NCBI GenBank assembly: GCA_019689675.1
Contig: JADGGZ010000001.1
Location: forward strand, 1,912-65,911
Origin: Rhodospirillales bacterium
GTDB lineage: Bacteria > Pseudomonadota > Alphaproteobacteria > ATCC43930 > CGMCC-115725
Direction of reading: 5' to 3'
Length of the DNA: 64,000 nucleotides
Within the stretch, counting starts at the first letter, position 1, and each line of letters opens with the position of its first letter. The position numbers and the translations under genes were made by a program. Positions 9,062-22,817 of the stretch are shown in pieces. The notes beneath the pieces were generated by a model. It was not told the DNA's origin. It saw only the letters and a program-made list of their open reading frames with translations, and ran no database searches.

Positions 9062-9790
9062 ATGATGGTCGACATGCGCCGCGGTGTGTGGACGAGATGG
9101 CTGCCGCTCGCTTTGGTCGTCGCCGCGATCGCGGCGGCGCTCCTGCTGCGCCTCGACCGCTACCTCGCCTTCGAGACGCTCGCCCTTCATCGCAATTGGC
9201 TGCTCCGCGAGGTCGAGGAGCAGGGTGCGCTCGGCGTCCTCGCCTTCATCGTCGGCTATGCCGGAGCGACAGGGCTGTCGATCCCCGGTGCCACGGTGCT
9301 GACGCTCATGGGCGGCTTCCTGTTCGGCCCGTTTTGGGGAACGGTCTATGCGGTGCTCGGCGCGACGCTCGGCGCGACGGCCATCTTCCTCATCGCGCGG
9401 ACCGCGTTCGGCGATATGCTGCGCCGCCGCGCCGGCCCGTTCGCGCGCAAGCTCGAGAGCGGCTTCCGCCGCGACGCCTTCTACTATCTCCTTTTCCTGC
9501 GTCTCGTCCCGGTGTTCCCGTTCTGGCTCGTGAATCTCGTTCCCGCGCTTTTCGACATGAAGCTTCGGAGCTTCGTCGCCGCGACGGTGATCGGGATTCT
9601 GCCGGCGACCGCCGTCTATGCCGGCCTCGGCGACGGGCTCGGCGCGGTTCTCGATGCGGGCGAGAAGCCGGAGCTCGACATCGTGCTGCAGCCGCGCGTG
9701 CTCCTTCCGCTCCTCGCGCTCAGCGTGCTCGCGCTCCTGCCCGTGGCGGTGCGGCATTGGCGGCGCAATGCCGCCGGGGAGGGTGCTTGA
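9062..9790 (+). CDS. TVP38/TMEM64 (DedA-related) family membrane protein
   Basis: Multi-TM protein with the motif LRLVPVFPFWLVNLVPALF. The start is uncertain (TTG 9014, ATG 9062/9074). Confidence 0.8.
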   Translation: MMVDMRRGVWTRWLPLALVVAAIAAALLLRLDRYLAFETLALHRNWLLREVEEQGALGVLAFIVGYAGATGLSIPGATVLTLMGGFLFGPFWGTVYAVLGATLGATAIFLIARTAFGDMLRRRAGPFARKLESGFRRDAFYYLLFLRLVPVFPFWLVNLVPALFDMKLRSFVAATVIGILPATAVYAGLGDGLGAVLDAGEKPELDIVLQPRVLLPLLALSVLALLPVAVRHWRRNAAGEGA

Positions 9791-11202
9791 GCACGCGCGA
9801 GGTGGATCTCTGCATCATCGGCGCCGGGTCGGGCGGCCTTTCCGTCGCTTCCGTCGCGGCCCAGCTCGGTGTCCGAACGGTTCTCGTCGAACGCGGCAAG
9901 ATGGGCGGCGACTGCCTCAACTACGGTTGCGTGCCTTCGAAATCGCTGCTCGCGGCGGCGAAGGCGGCGGACGCGGCCCGCCACGCGGCGCGGCTCGGCA
10001 TCGGCCTTCCTCCTCCTTCCGTCGACTTCGCCGCCGTGATGCGGCACGTCCACGGCGTGATCGACGCGATCGCGCCGAACGATTCCGAGTCGAGGATGAC
10101 CGGGCTCGGCGTCGAGGTCGTCCGCGGCGAGGCGCGCTTTGCCGGGCCGCAGGAGATCGAGGTCGACGGCGCGCGCATCCGTGCCCGCCGAATCGTCGTC
10201 GCCACCGGCTCCTCGCCGGCGCCGCCGCCGATCCCTGGCCTCGAGGAAACGCCCTATCTCACCAACGAAACGGTCTTCGACAACGAGGTCCTGCCGGAGC
10301 ATCTTCTCGTCGTCGGCGGCGGGCCGATCGGGCTCGAGATGGCGCAGGCGCACCGGCTTCTCGGCGCCCGCGTCACCGTTCTCGAGGCGGCGCGGCTCCT
10401 CGGCAAGGACGATCCCGAGCTCGTCGAGCTGCTCCGGCTGCGGCTGCGCGCCGACGGCATCGCGATCCGCGACGGCGTCAAGATCGTCCGCGTCGAGCGC
10501 ACGCCGGGCGGAGTCGCCGCGACGCTCGAGGACGGCGAGCGCATCGACGCCACGCACCTGCTCGTGGCCGCCGGCCGCCGGGCGAATGTCGAGGGGCTCG
10601 CGCTCGAGAGGGCGGGGATCGCCTATTCCGAGAAGGGGATCGAGGTCGATGCCCGGCTGCGTACGACGAACGGCAAGGTGTACGCGATCGGCGACGTCGC
10701 CGGCGGGCCGCAATTCACGCACGTCGCCGGCTATCACGCCGGGATCGTGATCCGCAACGTGCTCTTCCGCTGGCCGGCGAAAGTCGATTACCGGGCGTTG
10801 CCCTGGGTCACTTACACCACGCCGGAGCTCGCCCATGTCGGCCTCACCGAGGAGGCTGCGCGCGCGCGAGAAGGCGACCGGCTCACGATCCTGCGCTGGC
10901 CGCTTTCGGAGAACGACCGTGCGCAGACGGAGCGTTCGACGCAAGGGCTTCTCAAGGTGGTGGCGAACCGGCGCGGCAAGGTGCTCGGGGCCTCGATCCT
11001 GGCGCCGAACGCCGGCGAGCTCATTCAGCTCTGGTGCCTCGCGATACAGGAAGGGGTCGGCGTCAAGGCCATTGCCGGGATGATCGCGCCCTATCCCACT
11101 CTCGGCGAGATCTCGAAGCGCGCGGCGGGCACGTTCTTTCTGCCGATGCTTTTCTCGGGCCGCGCCAAGAGGCTCGTCCGTTTTCTGGCAAAGCTCGGCT
11201 AG
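9787..11202 (+). CDS. pyridine nucleotide-disulfide oxidoreductase (mercuric reductase / dihydrolipoamide dehydrogenase-like)
   Basis: VDLCIIGAGSGGLSVA...GGDCLNYGCVPSK redox-active CxxxxC, an NAD fold VVGGGPIGLEMA, and a dimerisation domain. The TTG start overlaps the upstream stop (TTGA); an alternative GTG is at 9802. Confidence 0.85.
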   Translation: MSTREVDLCIIGAGSGGLSVASVAAQLGVRTVLVERGKMGGDCLNYGCVPSKSLLAAAKAADAARHAARLGIGLPPPSVDFAAVMRHVHGVIDAIAPNDSESRMTGLGVEVVRGEARFAGPQEIEVDGARIRARRIVVATGSSPAPPPIPGLEETPYLTNETVFDNEVLPEHLLVVGGGPIGLEMAQAHRLLGARVTVLEAARLLGKDDPELVELLRLRLRADGIAIRDGVKIVRVERTPGGVAATLEDGERIDATHLLVAAGRRANVEGLALERAGIAYSEKGIEVDARLRTTNGKVYAIGDVAGGPQFTHVAGYHAGIVIRNVLFRWPAKVDYRALPWVTYTTPELAHVGLTEEAARAREGDRLTILRWPLSENDRAQTERSTQGLLKVVANRRGKVLGASILAPNAGELIQLWCLAIQEGVGVKAIAGMIAPYPTLGEISKRAAGTFFLPMLFSGRAKRLVRFLAKLG

Positions 11203-11281
11203 CGCGGATCCCCCTCATGAGGCCGCTCTTCTCTCGTCGTGATCGCTATGCAGGCGGGAGCATGCCGAAAGGAGGCGAGAC

Positions 11282-12673
11282 TTGAAGAGCCTCTCGGCCC
11301 GGCTGCTGGTGCTGACGATCGGCTTCGTCATGCTCGCCGAGGTGCTCATCTTCGTGCCTTCGGTCGCGCGCTACCGGCTGACCTGGCTCGAATCGAAGAT
11401 CGCGGCCGGCCACCTCGCCGCGCTCGCTCTCGAGGAGGCGCCCGACAACATGGTGAGCCGAGAGCTCGCGCGCCAGCTCCTCGCCCATGTCGGGGCGCGC
11501 GCCATCGTGCTGCGCAAGCCGAACAACACGAAGCTGATGGTCGACAGCGACATGCCGACGACGATCGACGGGACGGACGATTTGCGCGAGATGCATGTCC
11601 TGAGCGCGATCGGCGACGCCTTCGCCGCGCTGTTCCGGACCGAGCCCCACGTGATCCGCGTGCTCGGCCGGAGTCCGCAAAACGCCGAGACCTTGGTCGA
11701 GGTCGTGCTCGACGAGAGCCCTTTGCGCGGCGAGATCGCAGGCTTCGCGATCCGGATCCTCCAGCTCTCGCTCGTGATCTCGCTCATCACGGCGGCTCTC
11801 GTCTATTTCAGCCTGCAATGGCTGCTGGTCCGGCCTATGCGTCGCATGGTCGCGGCGATGACGTCGTTCCGCGAAGACCCCGAGGACGCCTCGCGCGTCG
11901 TTCAGCCGACGAGTCGCGGCGACGAGGTAGGGCTCGCCGAGCGCGAGCTGGCGCAGCTCCAGGAGACGGTACGCCAGGCATTGGCTCAGCGCGCGCATCT
12001 CGCCGCGCTCGGCACGGCGGTCAGCAAGATCAATCACGATTTGAAGAACATGCTCGCGACGGCGCGGCTGCTTTCCGACAGTCTCGCCGACAGCGGCGCG
12101 CCCGAGGTGCGCCGCGTCGCGCCGCGTCTTCTCGAGGCGCTCGACCGCGCCGTCGCGCTTTGCGCACGAACGCTCGACTTCACCCGCGAGGGCGCGCCGC
12201 CCCTGCATCGGCGTCGCTTCCGTCTCGCCGAGCTCGTCGCCGAGCTCGAGCCCGCGCTCGGCCTTCCGCAGGCGGACGGGCCGTTGCTCGTCGAGCGCAT
12301 CGATCCGGCTCTCGTGATCGATGCCGACCGGGATCAGCTCTTTCGCGTACTTTTCAATCTCGCGCGCAATGCGATCGAGGCAGGGGCGCGCCGTGTCGAG
12401 ATCGCCGCCGAGCCGGAGCAAGCGCAGATCGCGATCCTCGTGGGCGACGACGGGCCCGGGCTTCCGCCCAAGGCTCGCGAGAACCTCTTTCGACCGTTCG
12501 CAGGCTCGGCACGGCCAGGAGGCACCGGGCTCGGGCTCGCTGTTGCGCGCGAAGTGATGCGCGCTCACGGCGGCGACATCGTGCTCGAGCGCAGCGATGC
12601 GGCCGGAACCGTCTTCCGCCTCCGCCTGCCGTCGCGCGCGGTCGCGCTCGATGCGGCGGGCCGCGCCGCGTGA
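11282..12673 (+). CDS. sensor histidine kinase
   Basis: TTG start 6 nt after AAAGGAGG. Two TM segments, H-box SKINHDLKNML, and an ATPase domain (NLARNAIEA, DDGPGLP, GTGLGLAV). No response-regulator gene is adjacent. Confidence 0.85.
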   Translation: MKSLSARLLVLTIGFVMLAEVLIFVPSVARYRLTWLESKIAAGHLAALALEEAPDNMVSRELARQLLAHVGARAIVLRKPNNTKLMVDSDMPTTIDGTDDLREMHVLSAIGDAFAALFRTEPHVIRVLGRSPQNAETLVEVVLDESPLRGEIAGFAIRILQLSLVISLITAALVYFSLQWLLVRPMRRMVAAMTSFREDPEDASRVVQPTSRGDEVGLAERELAQLQETVRQALAQRAHLAALGTAVSKINHDLKNMLATARLLSDSLADSGAPEVRRVAPRLLEALDRAVALCARTLDFTREGAPPLHRRRFRLAELVAELEPALGLPQADGPLLVERIDPALVIDADRDQLFRVLFNLARNAIEAGARRVEIAAEPEQAQIAILVGDDGPGLPPKARENLFRPFAGSARPGGTGLGLAVAREVMRAHGGDIVLERSDAAGTVFRLRLPSRAVALDAAGRAA

Positions 12674-12684
12674 GCCCCTCGGGG

Positions 12685-12712
12685 TTGTGCAGGCGGCCTC
12701 CCTAGGCATAAT
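12685..12712 (+). promoter_or_regulatory. possible sigma70-type promoter (TTGTGC-N16-CATAAT)
   Basis: The hexamers stand out in GC-rich DNA. The -10 element ends 9 nt before the ATG at 12722, which would give a near-leaderless transcript. Pattern match only. Confidence 0.25.
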
Positions 12713-12721
12713 GCAGGTTCT

Positions 12722-13258
12722 ATGCGCAGGCGGGCTCGCACGATGACCCTGGTACTGGGCGCGCTCGCCATCATCGGCGCCGGCGTGGTCGGCATTCGCC
12801 TTTGGCTGGGCCGCGCCGCCGAGCTCCAGGTGCAGCCGAGCGAGATCGTCGAATTCCGCGCTCTCGGGCCCGCCGCGCGGCACAACCGCTTCGTGATGTG
12901 CCCTGCCGAGGTCTGCGCCAACGTGGCCGACGCGCAGAGCCCGGTCTTCGAGATGAGCTGGGAGCGGCTGCGCGACTACTGGAACGAGGCGATCGCGATG
13001 CAGCCGCGTCTCGAGCTGGTCGCAGCCGACCCCGACGGGCGCAAGCTCACCTACATTCAGCGCTCGTTGTTCTTCCGGTTCCCAGACATCATCACGGTGG
13101 AGTTCATGCCGGTCGGCGAGAGCCGCTCCACGCTCGCGATAGCCAGCCACTCGCGCTACGGATTCAGCGACTTCGGCGTCAACGAGGACCGTGTCGAGAC
13201 CTGGGCTTCGCTTTTGGTGCAGATGATGCGCAAGGAGCAGGTATCCTTCGCGCGATGA
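12722..13258 (+). CDS. DUF1499 family protein
   Basis: 178 aa with an N-terminal TM/signal anchor and [12 protein letters not shown]...[13 protein letters not shown], typical of DUF1499. Confidence 0.7.
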   Translation: MRRRARTMTLVLGALAIIGAGVVGIRLWLGRAAELQVQPSEIVEFRALGPAARHNRFVMCPAEVCANVADAQSPVFEMSWERLRDYWNEAIAMQPRLELVAADPDGRKLTYIQRSLFFRFPDIITVEFMPVGESRSTLAIASHSRYGFSDFGVNEDRVETWASLLVQMMRKEQVSFAR

Positions 13259-13881
13259 AAGCGACACCGCCGCTCCGGCCCCGCGTCTACGCGATCGATG
13301 GCTTCGTGCCGGTGATCCACCCGACCGCCTTCGTCCATCCGACCGCCGTGCTGACCGGCGACGTCATCGTCGGTCCGGGCTGCTATGTCGGGCCGTGCGC
13401 GAGCCTACGCGGCGACTTCGGCCGGCTCATCCTCGAGGCCGGGGCGAACGTCCAGGACGGCTGCATCATGCACGGCTTTCCCGAGGCCGACACCGTGATC
13501 GAGGAGGACGGGCATATTGGTCACGGCGCGATCGTGCATGGCGCGCGCATCGGCAAGAACGCGCTCGTCGGCATGAACGCGGTCGTCATGGACGGGGCGG
13601 TCGTCGGGGAATCGGCGATCGTCGCAGCGATGGCCTTCGTCAAGGCGGCGTTCGAGGTGCCGGCGCGGCATCTGGCGGCGGGAATTCCGGCCAGGATCGT
13701 GCGCGAGCTGAGCGAAGAGGAGATCGCCTGGAAGCGCTCGGCGACGGGCGAGTACCAGGAGCTGACCCGGCGCTGCCTTGCGACCTTGGTCGAGGCGGAG
13801 CCGCTCGCAGAGCCCGAGCCCGGGCGCGGCCGCATCGCTGCCGGAACGACCCCGCCGAAGTACCGGCTGGGAAAGGAATAG
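13255..13881 (+). CDS. gamma-class carbonic anhydrase / PaaY-like hexapeptide-repeat protein
   Basis: Left-handed beta-helix repeats ([27 protein letters not shown]..., [14 protein letters not shown]). ATGA overlap with the DUF1499 stop. Confidence 0.85.
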   Translation: MKATPPLRPRVYAIDGFVPVIHPTAFVHPTAVLTGDVIVGPGCYVGPCASLRGDFGRLILEAGANVQDGCIMHGFPEADTVIEEDGHIGHGAIVHGARIGKNALVGMNAVVMDGAVVGESAIVAAMAFVKAAFEVPARHLAAGIPARIVRELSEEEIAWKRSATGEYQELTRRCLATLVEAEPLAEPEPGRGRIAAGTTPPKYRLGKE

Positions 13882-13896
13882 CGCGTCCCGATCCGC

Positions 13897-16569
13897 TCAG
13901 GCGGCCGGCTGGAGTTCGACCCGCACCTCGACGATGTTGGGGTCCTCGCTGTCGCGGCGCCGCACGAAGCCGAGCTCCGTCGCCATCTGCAGCATCGTCG
14001 TGTTCTCGCGCAGCACCTTGCCGGTGACGGCCTGGATCCCGCGGCTTTTCGCGTAGGCGATCATCTCCTGCATGAGGAGATATCCGAGCCCCTTTCCCTT
14101 CATGTCGCTGCGCACGAAGACCGCGTACTCGGCTTCGATGTTGTCCGGGTCGGCCGAGATCCGCACGGCGCCGAGGATCTCGCCCTCGCGCTCGGCGACG
14201 AACGCCATCTCGCGGTCGTAGTCGATCTGGGTGAGACGCGCGGCGAGCTGCGGCGAAAGCCGTTTCAGCGGCGTGAAAAAACGCAGCCGCAGATCCTCGG
14301 CCGTGCTCTTCTCGAGCATCGCCTGGATGAGCGGCTCGTCCTCCGGCCGTATCGGGCGAAGCAGGAACGCACGGCCGTCGGGGAGCCGCCCCTCCTTCTC
14401 GAGCCGCTTCGGGTAGGGCCGGATCGCGAGCCGCTGCGTGCCGGGGAGGGCGGGTTCGGCGACCTTGATCCGGGCGTCGAGCGCGAGCACGCCGCTCGGC
14501 AGCGCGAGGAGCGGGTTGATGTCGAGCTCGATCACCTCCGGGAAGTCGATGACGAGCTGCGCCACCTTCATCAGCGTGACCGCGATCGCGTCGAGATCCG
14601 CCGGCGGCCGGCCGCGATAGCCTTTGAGGAGCGCGGCGACCCGCGTGCGGCTCATCATCTCGCGCGCGAGATGGAGATTGAGCGGCGGCAGGCCGAGCGA
14701 CTTGTCGTCGATCACTTCGACGGCCACGCCGCCGTGGCCGAAGAGGACGACCGGGCCGAAGAGCGCGTCCTCGACGACGCCGACGATGAGCTCCACGGCC
14801 TCGCGGACCGGCGCCATTTCCTGCACGGTGAAGCCGTCGATCCGCGCATCGGGCCGCTCGGCGCGGACCCGCTCGAGCATGCGCTCGGCGGTGGCGCGCA
14901 CGCGCTCGGGCGAGGCGAGATTGAGCTCGACGCCGCCGACGTCGGTCTTGTGCGTGATGTCCGGGGAGAGAATTTTGAGCGCGACCGGGCGCCCGATCCT
15001 GGCCGCCGCCGCGCCCGCCTCCTCGGGCGTCGCGACTGCGACGGTCTCGACGGTCGGCACGCCGTAGGCCCGCAGCACCGACTTCGCCTCGGGCTCGGTG
15101 AGCCAGCCCCGGCCCTCCGCGAGCGCGGGCGCGATCACGGCGCGCGCGGCCGGCTCGTTGACGGCGAAAAGCTCCGGCACCGAGGGAGGCACCTGAATCA
15201 GCATCTCCTGGCTGCGGCGATAGCGCACCAGGTGCATGAACGCGCGCACCGCCTGCTCGGGCGTGGCGAAAGTCGGGATGCGCGCCTCCGCGAGGCAGCG
15301 TCGCGCCTCGGCCGCCGTGCTCTCGCCGACCCAGCTCGTCACGACGGGCGCGTGCCGGCCGGCGAGCGCTTCGACGACGGCGCGCGCCGCCGCGACCCCG
15401 TCGGCGATCGCGGTCGGGCAGTTGATGACGAGGATTCCGTCGGCGTTCGGCTCCTCGAGCAGCGCGTTGATCGCCGCCTTGTACCGCTCCGGCCCGGCAT
15501 CGCCGATGATGTCGATCGGATTGCCGCGCGACCAGGTGCGCGGCAGCGCTGCGTCGAGCCGCTGGATGGTCTCCGGCGACAGCTCGGCAAGGCGCCCCTT
15601 CTCGAGCTCGATCCTGTCGGTCGCGAGGACGCCGAGCCCGCCGCCGTTCGAGACGATCGCGAGCCGGTCGCCCTTCGGCTCGAGCCCCGAGGCCAGCGTC
15701 TCGACCGCGGCGAAGATCTCGTCGAGCTCGTAGACGCGCAGCATGCCGGCACGACGGAAGGCGGCGTCGTAGACCGCATCCGTGCCGGCGAGCGCGCCCG
15801 TGTGGGAGGAGGCGGCGCGAGCCCCGGCGGCGCTCCGCCCGGCCTTGATGACGACGACCGGCTTGGCGCGGGCGGCGGCGCGCGCCGCCGACATGAACTT
15901 CCGCGCGTGCGTCACCGCCTCGACGTAGAGGAGGATCGCGCGGGTGTCGGCGTCCGCGGCGAGATAGTCGAGCATGTCGCCGAAGTCGACATCGGCCATG
16001 TTGCCGAGCGAGACGAGGTGGGAGAAGCCGATGCCGCGCGCGCTCGTCCAGTCGAGCACCGAGGTGACGACGGCGCCCGACTGGCCGACGAAGGCGAGGT
16101 CGCCCCGCTTCGCCGGCACATGCGCGAAGGTCGCGTTGAGCCCGATCGCCGGCACCATGACGCCGAGGCAGTTGGGGCCGAGCACGCGCAGGAGATGGGG
16201 CTTGGCCGCGTCGAGAATCTGCTGCTGGAGCGCGCGTCCGGCCTCGCCGCCCTCGCCGAAGCCGGCCGAGAGGACGATCGCCGCCTTCGTCCCGCGCGCG
16301 CCGAGCTCGGCGACGAGCCCTGGCACGGTGGCAGGGGGCGTCGCGATCACCGCGAGATCGGGGACGCAGGGCAGCTCTGCGACTGAGGAATAGGCAAGCG
16401 TCGACTGGATCGAGGTCTCGTGAGGGTTGACCGGCATGACCGGCCCCGCGAAGCCTCCGCTGAAGAGATTGCGCGCGACGACCTCGCCGACGGAACGAGG
16501 CTGACGGCTGGCGCCGATCAAGGCGACGGAGCGCGGCCGGAAGAGCCGATCGAGGTGCCGGATCGACAT
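13897..16569 (-). CDS. bifunctional acyl-CoA synthetase (NDP-forming)-like / GNAT acetyltransferase (Pat-type protein acetyltransferase)
   Basis: 890 aa with an N-terminal CoA-binding region (PRSVALIGAS), succinyl-CoA-ligase-like and ATP-grasp regions, and a C-terminal GNAT (VRSDMKGKGLGYLLMQEMIAYA). Confidence 0.85.
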   Translation of the reverse strand: MSIRHLDRLFRPRSVALIGASRQPRSVGEVVARNLFSGGFAGPVMPVNPHETSIQSTLAYSSVAELPCVPDLAVIATPPATVPGLVAELGARGTKAAIVLSAGFGEGGEAGRALQQQILDAAKPHLLRVLGPNCLGVMVPAIGLNATFAHVPAKRGDLAFVGQSGAVVTSVLDWTSARGIGFSHLVSLGNMADVDFGDMLDYLAADADTRAILLYVEAVTHARKFMSAARAAARAKPVVVIKAGRSAAGARAASSHTGALAGTDAVYDAAFRRAGMLRVYELDEIFAAVETLASGLEPKGDRLAIVSNGGGLGVLATDRIELEKGRLAELSPETIQRLDAALPRTWSRGNPIDIIGDAGPERYKAAINALLEEPNADGILVINCPTAIADGVAAARAVVEALAGRHAPVVTSWVGESTAAEARRCLAEARIPTFATPEQAVRAFMHLVRYRRSQEMLIQVPPSVPELFAVNEPAARAVIAPALAEGRGWLTEPEAKSVLRAYGVPTVETVAVATPEEAGAAAARIGRPVALKILSPDITHKTDVGGVELNLASPERVRATAERMLERVRAERPDARIDGFTVQEMAPVREAVELIVGVVEDALFGPVVLFGHGGVAVEVIDDKSLGLPPLNLHLAREMMSRTRVAALLKGYRGRPPADLDAIAVTLMKVAQLVIDFPEVIELDINPLLALPSGVLALDARIKVAEPALPGTQRLAIRPYPKRLEKEGRLPDGRAFLLRPIRPEDEPLIQAMLEKSTAEDLRLRFFTPLKRLSPQLAARLTQIDYDREMAFVAEREGEILGAVRISADPDNIEAEYAVFVRSDMKGKGLGYLLMQEMIAYAKSRGIQAVTGKVLRENTTMLQMATELGFVRRRDSEDPNIVEVRVELQPAA

Positions 16570-16674
16570 GGGACCGTGGTAAGGCCGTCTCCGCCCCGCC
16601 GCAAGCGGCAGTTTCTCGCCGTCACGGCAGGAGCGGCGAGGAAGGCCAAAGCCTGCGCGACCGGAAAGCGCGGC

Positions 16675-17403
16675 CTACCCGTATCTCAGGAGCCGCGCGC
16701 GGTTGCGGTGCAGCCACTCGCGATGCCGCGCGGACCCGGGAGCGAGGCGTTCGACGAGGCGCCAGAAACGGACGCCGTGGTTGAGGTGGACGAGGTGGGC
16801 GACCTCGTGCGCGACGACGTAGTGGAGCACCGGCTCGGGCGCGAGAATGAGGCGCCAGGAGAAGGCGAGCGCGCCGGACGCGGCGCAGCTTCCCCATCGG
16901 GTCTTGGTGTCGCGGACGGTGACGCGGGTGACCCGGCGCCCGATCTCGGCCGCAAGCCGGCGCGAGCGCGACGAGAGCTCGCGTCGGGCGAGCGCGACGA
17001 GCGCGTCCCGCACACGGCGGCCGACGTGCGGCGCCTCGCCGCCGACCCGGATCTCGCCCTCCTCGATGACCGTGCCGTTGCGCCAGCGCGGGCCGAGATG
17101 GACGATCCGATGCGGGACGCCGAGAACCGGGATCTCGGCGCCGTCGGAGAACGGCACGCGCGGCGGCTGCTCGGCGAGATGAGAGAGCAGCCACGCCCGC
17201 TGCTGCTCGAGAAAGCCCATGCCGGCATGGAGCGGAACGCCTTTCGGGAGCACCAGCTCGACCGCGTCGGCGCTCTCGTCGATCCGCAGCGCGATCCGTT
17301 GCGCGCGGGTCGAGACGCGGACGCGGACGGGGGTGCTCTCGAGGAATTGGATACGGGATGCAGGCACTCGTTGGAGTAGAATCGCGCGCGTCGGCAAACG
17401 CAA
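16675..17403 (-). CDS. YgjP-like (DUF45) metal-dependent hydrolase
   Basis: 242 aa with the C-terminal motif YVVAHEVAHLVHLNHGVRFW (HExxH). Confidence 0.8.
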   Translation of the reverse strand: MRLPTRAILLQRVPASRIQFLESTPVRVRVSTRAQRIALRIDESADAVELVLPKGVPLHAGMGFLEQQRAWLLSHLAEQPPRVPFSDGAEIPVLGVPHRIVHLGPRWRNGTVIEEGEIRVGGEAPHVGRRVRDALVALARRELSSRSRRLAAEIGRRVTRVTVRDTKTRWGSCAASGALAFSWRLILAPEPVLHYVVAHEVAHLVHLNHGVRFWRLVERLAPGSARHREWLHRNRARLLRYG

Positions 17404-17498
17404 GGGAATGAAGGTCGCGGGACCCGCGTCCGGGTCCGATCCCGGCCCCTTGCCGCCGCGCCGGGATTCGGGGTAGACCCCGCGCGCGCTTCACCTAA

Positions 17499-18482
<984 letters not shown>

Positions 18483-18537
18483 GGTTTTCTTAGGGCCGGT
18501 TCAGGCCCATCTATTGCCCGAATGGGAAAAAGGGGAG

Positions 18538-18555
18538 GGGGCGCCGCGGCGCCCC
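18538..18555. terminator. perfect 18-bp GC palindrome between mdh and sucA (possible attenuator or terminator)
   Basis: GGGGCGCCGCGGCGCCCC equals its own reverse complement. There is no T-tract after it. Confidence 0.3.
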
Positions 18556-18564
18556 CCTGACTGC

Positions 18565-21417
<2,853 letters not shown>

Positions 21418-21454
21418 CTACTTCCGCGTCTCTTCTCTCGTCCGAGGACTTCCG

Positions 21455-22681
21455 ATGACCGACATCACAGTGCCGACGCTCGGCGAGAGCGTGACCGAGG
21501 CGACCGTCGCCAAGTGGCTGAAGAAGGCCGGCGAGGCCGTCGCGCAGGACGAGCCGCTCGTCGAGCTCGAGACGGACAAGGTGACGCTCGAGGTGAATGC
21601 GCCGACGGCGGGCGTGCTCTCCGAGATCGCTGCGCCCGAAGGCGCCACCGTCAATGTCGGCGGCCTCCTCGGGCGGATCGGCGACGGCGCCGCCGCGACG
21701 CCCGCGCCGGCGAAGAAGGCGGCGGCGCCGGCCGCCGCGCCGCCGGTTGCCGCGGAGAAGCCGCAGCCCGCTGCGGCGCCGAGCGCGCTCGAGCGGTCGG
21801 GGCCCGCCGTGCGCAAGCTCATCGAAGAAAAGGGGCTCGATCCCGCCGCCATCGCCGGCACCGGCAAGGACGGGCGCATCACCAAGGAGGACGTCCTCGC
21901 GCATCTCGAGAAGGCTGCGCCGGAGGCGCGCGCCCCGGCGCCGGCAGCGGAGGTCCGCGAGGCGCCGCCGCGCGAGACCGGCCCCCGCGAGCATCGCGTG
22001 CGCATGTCGCGCCTGCGCAGGCGGATCGCCGAGCGCCTCAAGGAGGCGCAGAACACCGCGGCGATGCTGACGACCTTCAACGAGATCGACATGAGCGCCG
22101 TCCTCGCGCTGCGCGAGAAGTATCGGGACGTCTTCGAGAAGAAGCACGGCGTCCGGCTGGGCTTCATGTCGCTCTTCGTCAAGGCCTCGATCGTCGCCTT
22201 GAAAGAGCTCCCCGCGATCAACGCCGAGATCGACGGCGAGGACATCGTCTACAAGAACCACTACGACTTCGGCATCGCCGTCGGCACCGAACAGGGTCTC
22301 GTCGTGCCGGTGGTGCGCGACTGCGACCGGCTCTCGTTCGCCGAGATCGAGAAGAAAATCGCCGATCTCGGGCGCCGCGCGCGCGACGGAAAGCTCAGCC
22401 TCGAGGAGCTGTCGGGCGGCACGTTCACGATCACGAACGGCGGCATCTACGGCTCGCTCATGTCGACGCCGATCCTGAACCCGCCGCAGTCGGGCATCCT
22501 CGGGATGCACAAGATCGAGAAGCGGCCGGTCGCGATCGGCGACAAGGTCGAGATCCGGCCGATGATGTACGTCGCGCTCTCCTACGATCATCGCATCGTC
22601 GACGGGCGCGAAGCGGTAACCTTCCTCGTGCGCGTGAAGGAGTGCCTCGAGGATCCCGAGCGGATGCTGTTCGAGATCTGA
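21455..22681 (+). CDS. sucB: dihydrolipoyllysine-residue succinyltransferase (E2o)
   Basis: Lipoyl domain ([10 protein letters not shown]), an Ala/Pro linker, E3-binding region, and catalytic domain with DHRIVDG. Confidence 0.95.
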   Translation: MTDITVPTLGESVTEATVAKWLKKAGEAVAQDEPLVELETDKVTLEVNAPTAGVLSEIAAPEGATVNVGGLLGRIGDGAAATPAPAKKAAAPAAAPPVAAEKPQPAAAPSALERSGPAVRKLIEEKGLDPAAIAGTGKDGRITKEDVLAHLEKAAPEARAPAPAAEVREAPPRETGPREHRVRMSRLRRRIAERLKEAQNTAAMLTTFNEIDMSAVLALREKYRDVFEKKHGVRLGFMSLFVKASIVALKELPAINAEIDGEDIVYKNHYDFGIAVGTEQGLVVPVVRDCDRLSFAEIEKKIADLGRRARDGKLSLEELSGGTFTITNGGIYGSLMSTPILNPPQSGILGMHKIEKRPVAIGDKVEIRPMMYVALSYDHRIVDGREAVTFLVRVKECLEDPERMLFEI

Positions 22682-22689
22682 TGAGCGCC

Positions 22690-22800
22690 TCCCCGCTCTC
22701 GGGAGAGGGACGGACCCGCGAAGCGGGGGGTGAGGGCCTCTCGCGGGATCCCGCGCGTTCGCCGACCGCCCTCACCTGGGCCCTCTGCCGCGGACGGAAG
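22690..22800. repeat. REP-like structured intergenic element (three nested or adjacent hairpins)
   Basis: CCCGCgaaGCGGG (22715-22727). GGTGAGGGC (22729-22737) pairs with GCCCTCACC (22768-22776). These enclose the perfect palindrome CGCGGGATCCCGCG (22742-22755). Confidence 0.4.
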
Positions 22801-22817
22801 AGGGAAGAGAGGAGCGC

